The notes beneath the pieces were generated by a model that saw only the letters and a program-made list of their open reading frames with translations, was not told the DNA's origin and searched no databases. This document shows positions 18,615-20,000 of a stretch of DNA of 20,000 bases, piece by piece. How positions within the stretch are numbered: position 1 is the stretch's first letter; each line of letters starts with the position of its first letter. Position numbers and translations under genes: made by a program. This DNA is from Pseudovirgaria hyperparasitica. Taxonomy: Eukaryota. The stretch is taken from NCBI GenBank assembly GCA_010093815.1, contig ML996579.1; one strand, 5' to 3'.

Positions 18615-19624
18615 TGAAGGTGGGGGCCAAGAACGAGGTACCCGGGCGGCACCACCACGACCACGCGGCAGCCACGGAGCGGCAGTGGGAGTACTGAAGT
18701 CTTGTATATGCGTATACTATACATAGAGTACACGAGATCCGGACGTGTCGATCATCTATGTAGATATAACTATAGATATATAGGGCGACTGACAAGACGT
18801 ACTAGTACGTAGCCATGCAACAAGGTAGACCATCTGGTACTATTCCAGCCCATAGCAGGAGGAGGAGGAGCCTGTGGTGCCTCAGGTCGGATTCTGAATC
18901 GCAGAACAGGAGAGAGAGACAGCAGAGGATAGGATCCTCATGCACCCAAGACCGTGGTGCAGAGCCGAGAGTGATATGGCCTCTCGTAAACAACGCATCC
19001 AAGAACCGGGGGGGCTACGTAAGGCTGCATGGCCGGGAGCGAGTAGGGGTTGTATGGGGGTGGATGCGGTATGGTATGGAGACTGGGGGATAAAGGCCTC
19101 ACTGCTGTGCGGGCCTGGGGGAAGGTCAGGGGTGCTTGGGCGGGGATGGAGTGCTGGGTCTGTAGTATGATGATATTCGGACTGTTGTCAAGCTGCGCCT
19201 AGGGGGTTAGGTTTTGTCATGAAGTAGCCTTCTCTTCAAGGACGACAAGGAGCAGAGAGATGTAGTAGTAGACATGAAGTCATGTAGCAGTTACGCGACA
19301 GCTTCATACATACATATATCCGAGCGCGTAATAGAAAACCCCCTAAAAACGAGGTACTCCTCGATCCATGTTAGAGCTGCCATAACAGACATAGTCCGCC
19401 GACGCACGGACCCGTGCCCAGATGTCCCGGCCAAGCACGCTTGAATACATCCGCAGACGGACAGATGCAGTGATCTCGTTCTTCTCTTTTCCCCCCCTCT
19501 CTCTCAATCTCTCTCTCATCGCTCTTCTTATATATCTTGTATCATCGCATAAGGAGAGATCCATCATCATCGTTATCATCGTCACAGAGCCGAAGATATC
19601 ATTAGGAACGATATACTGACAAAC

Positions 19625-20000
19625 ATGGTTCGGACCAACCACGGGCCTCGCCCATACTGCTGCACGCCTCAGACCGGAACTAGTACGTATCCGAATCTCT
19701 ACCATTACAATAATCACCAAACATAACCACACCAAACATAACTACACCAAACACTAAACAAACACAGATCCCCTCGCCCTAACCCGCACCACACCCAAAC
19801 ACGCAGACCACACCACCCGCCGCCCCTTCGAAATGAGCCACCACCTCCGCAAACTCCGCCTCCTCTACCTCGACGAAAAAATCGCCCAATCCGAATACAC
19901 TTCCTCTTCGACAACCACAACCACCACCCTCGAACCCGACCTCGCCTCCTTCAACACCTACCCAAAAGACCTCATCCCCTCCCTCCGGCCCCGGCCCCTC
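19625..20000 (+). CDS. Probable 5' part of a gene truncated by the window edge; product unknown
   Basis: ATG 19625, donor GTACGT at 19683, acceptor CAG at 19806 (branch CCTAAC) or 19767, both in frame with an ORF (...RRPFEMSHHLRKLRLLYLDEKIAQSEY...) open to position 20000 and strongly biased to C-ending codons. An alternative start is ATG 19833. Confidence 0.45.

Noticed and set aside
19199..19212. TTAGGG-like sequence
   Set aside because: Only one perfect unit plus a partial one; not a telomeric array.

Overview
Eukaryotic DNA from a filamentous ascomycete, probably a Dothideomycete (short 49-59 nt GT-AG introns with CTRAY branch sites; PABP RRM4 insertion). Four minus-strand genes: an intronless flavohemoglobin (1668-2939), poly(A)-binding protein pab1 (3 exons, 768 aa), a 1381-aa Pro/Ser-rich protein of unknown function (3 exons) and fructose-1,6-bisphosphatase fbp1 (4 exons, 345 aa). 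On the plus strand are a single-exon WW-domain protein with a Lys-rich block and Glu/Tyr tail, and probably the start of a further gene cut by the window edge. The apparently empty region at 15.1-16.5 kb, invisible in the ORF track, holds six box C/D snoRNAs in the order snR78-77-76-75-74-73. Each lies in its own intron of a non-coding host transcript divergent from fbp1. No separate snR72 was found, but the first unit carries an snR72-like guide at its D box. Other notable signals: a possible cryptic PTS1 on intron-retained PABP, two CCG-N7-CCG (AcuK/AcuM-type) sites flanking CreA sites upstream of fbp1, a NirA consensus upstream of the flavohemoglobin, and a possible decayed BTB/POZ gene near 0.8-1.1 kb. 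rRNA target sequences and yeast residue numbers are quoted from memory and need checking.
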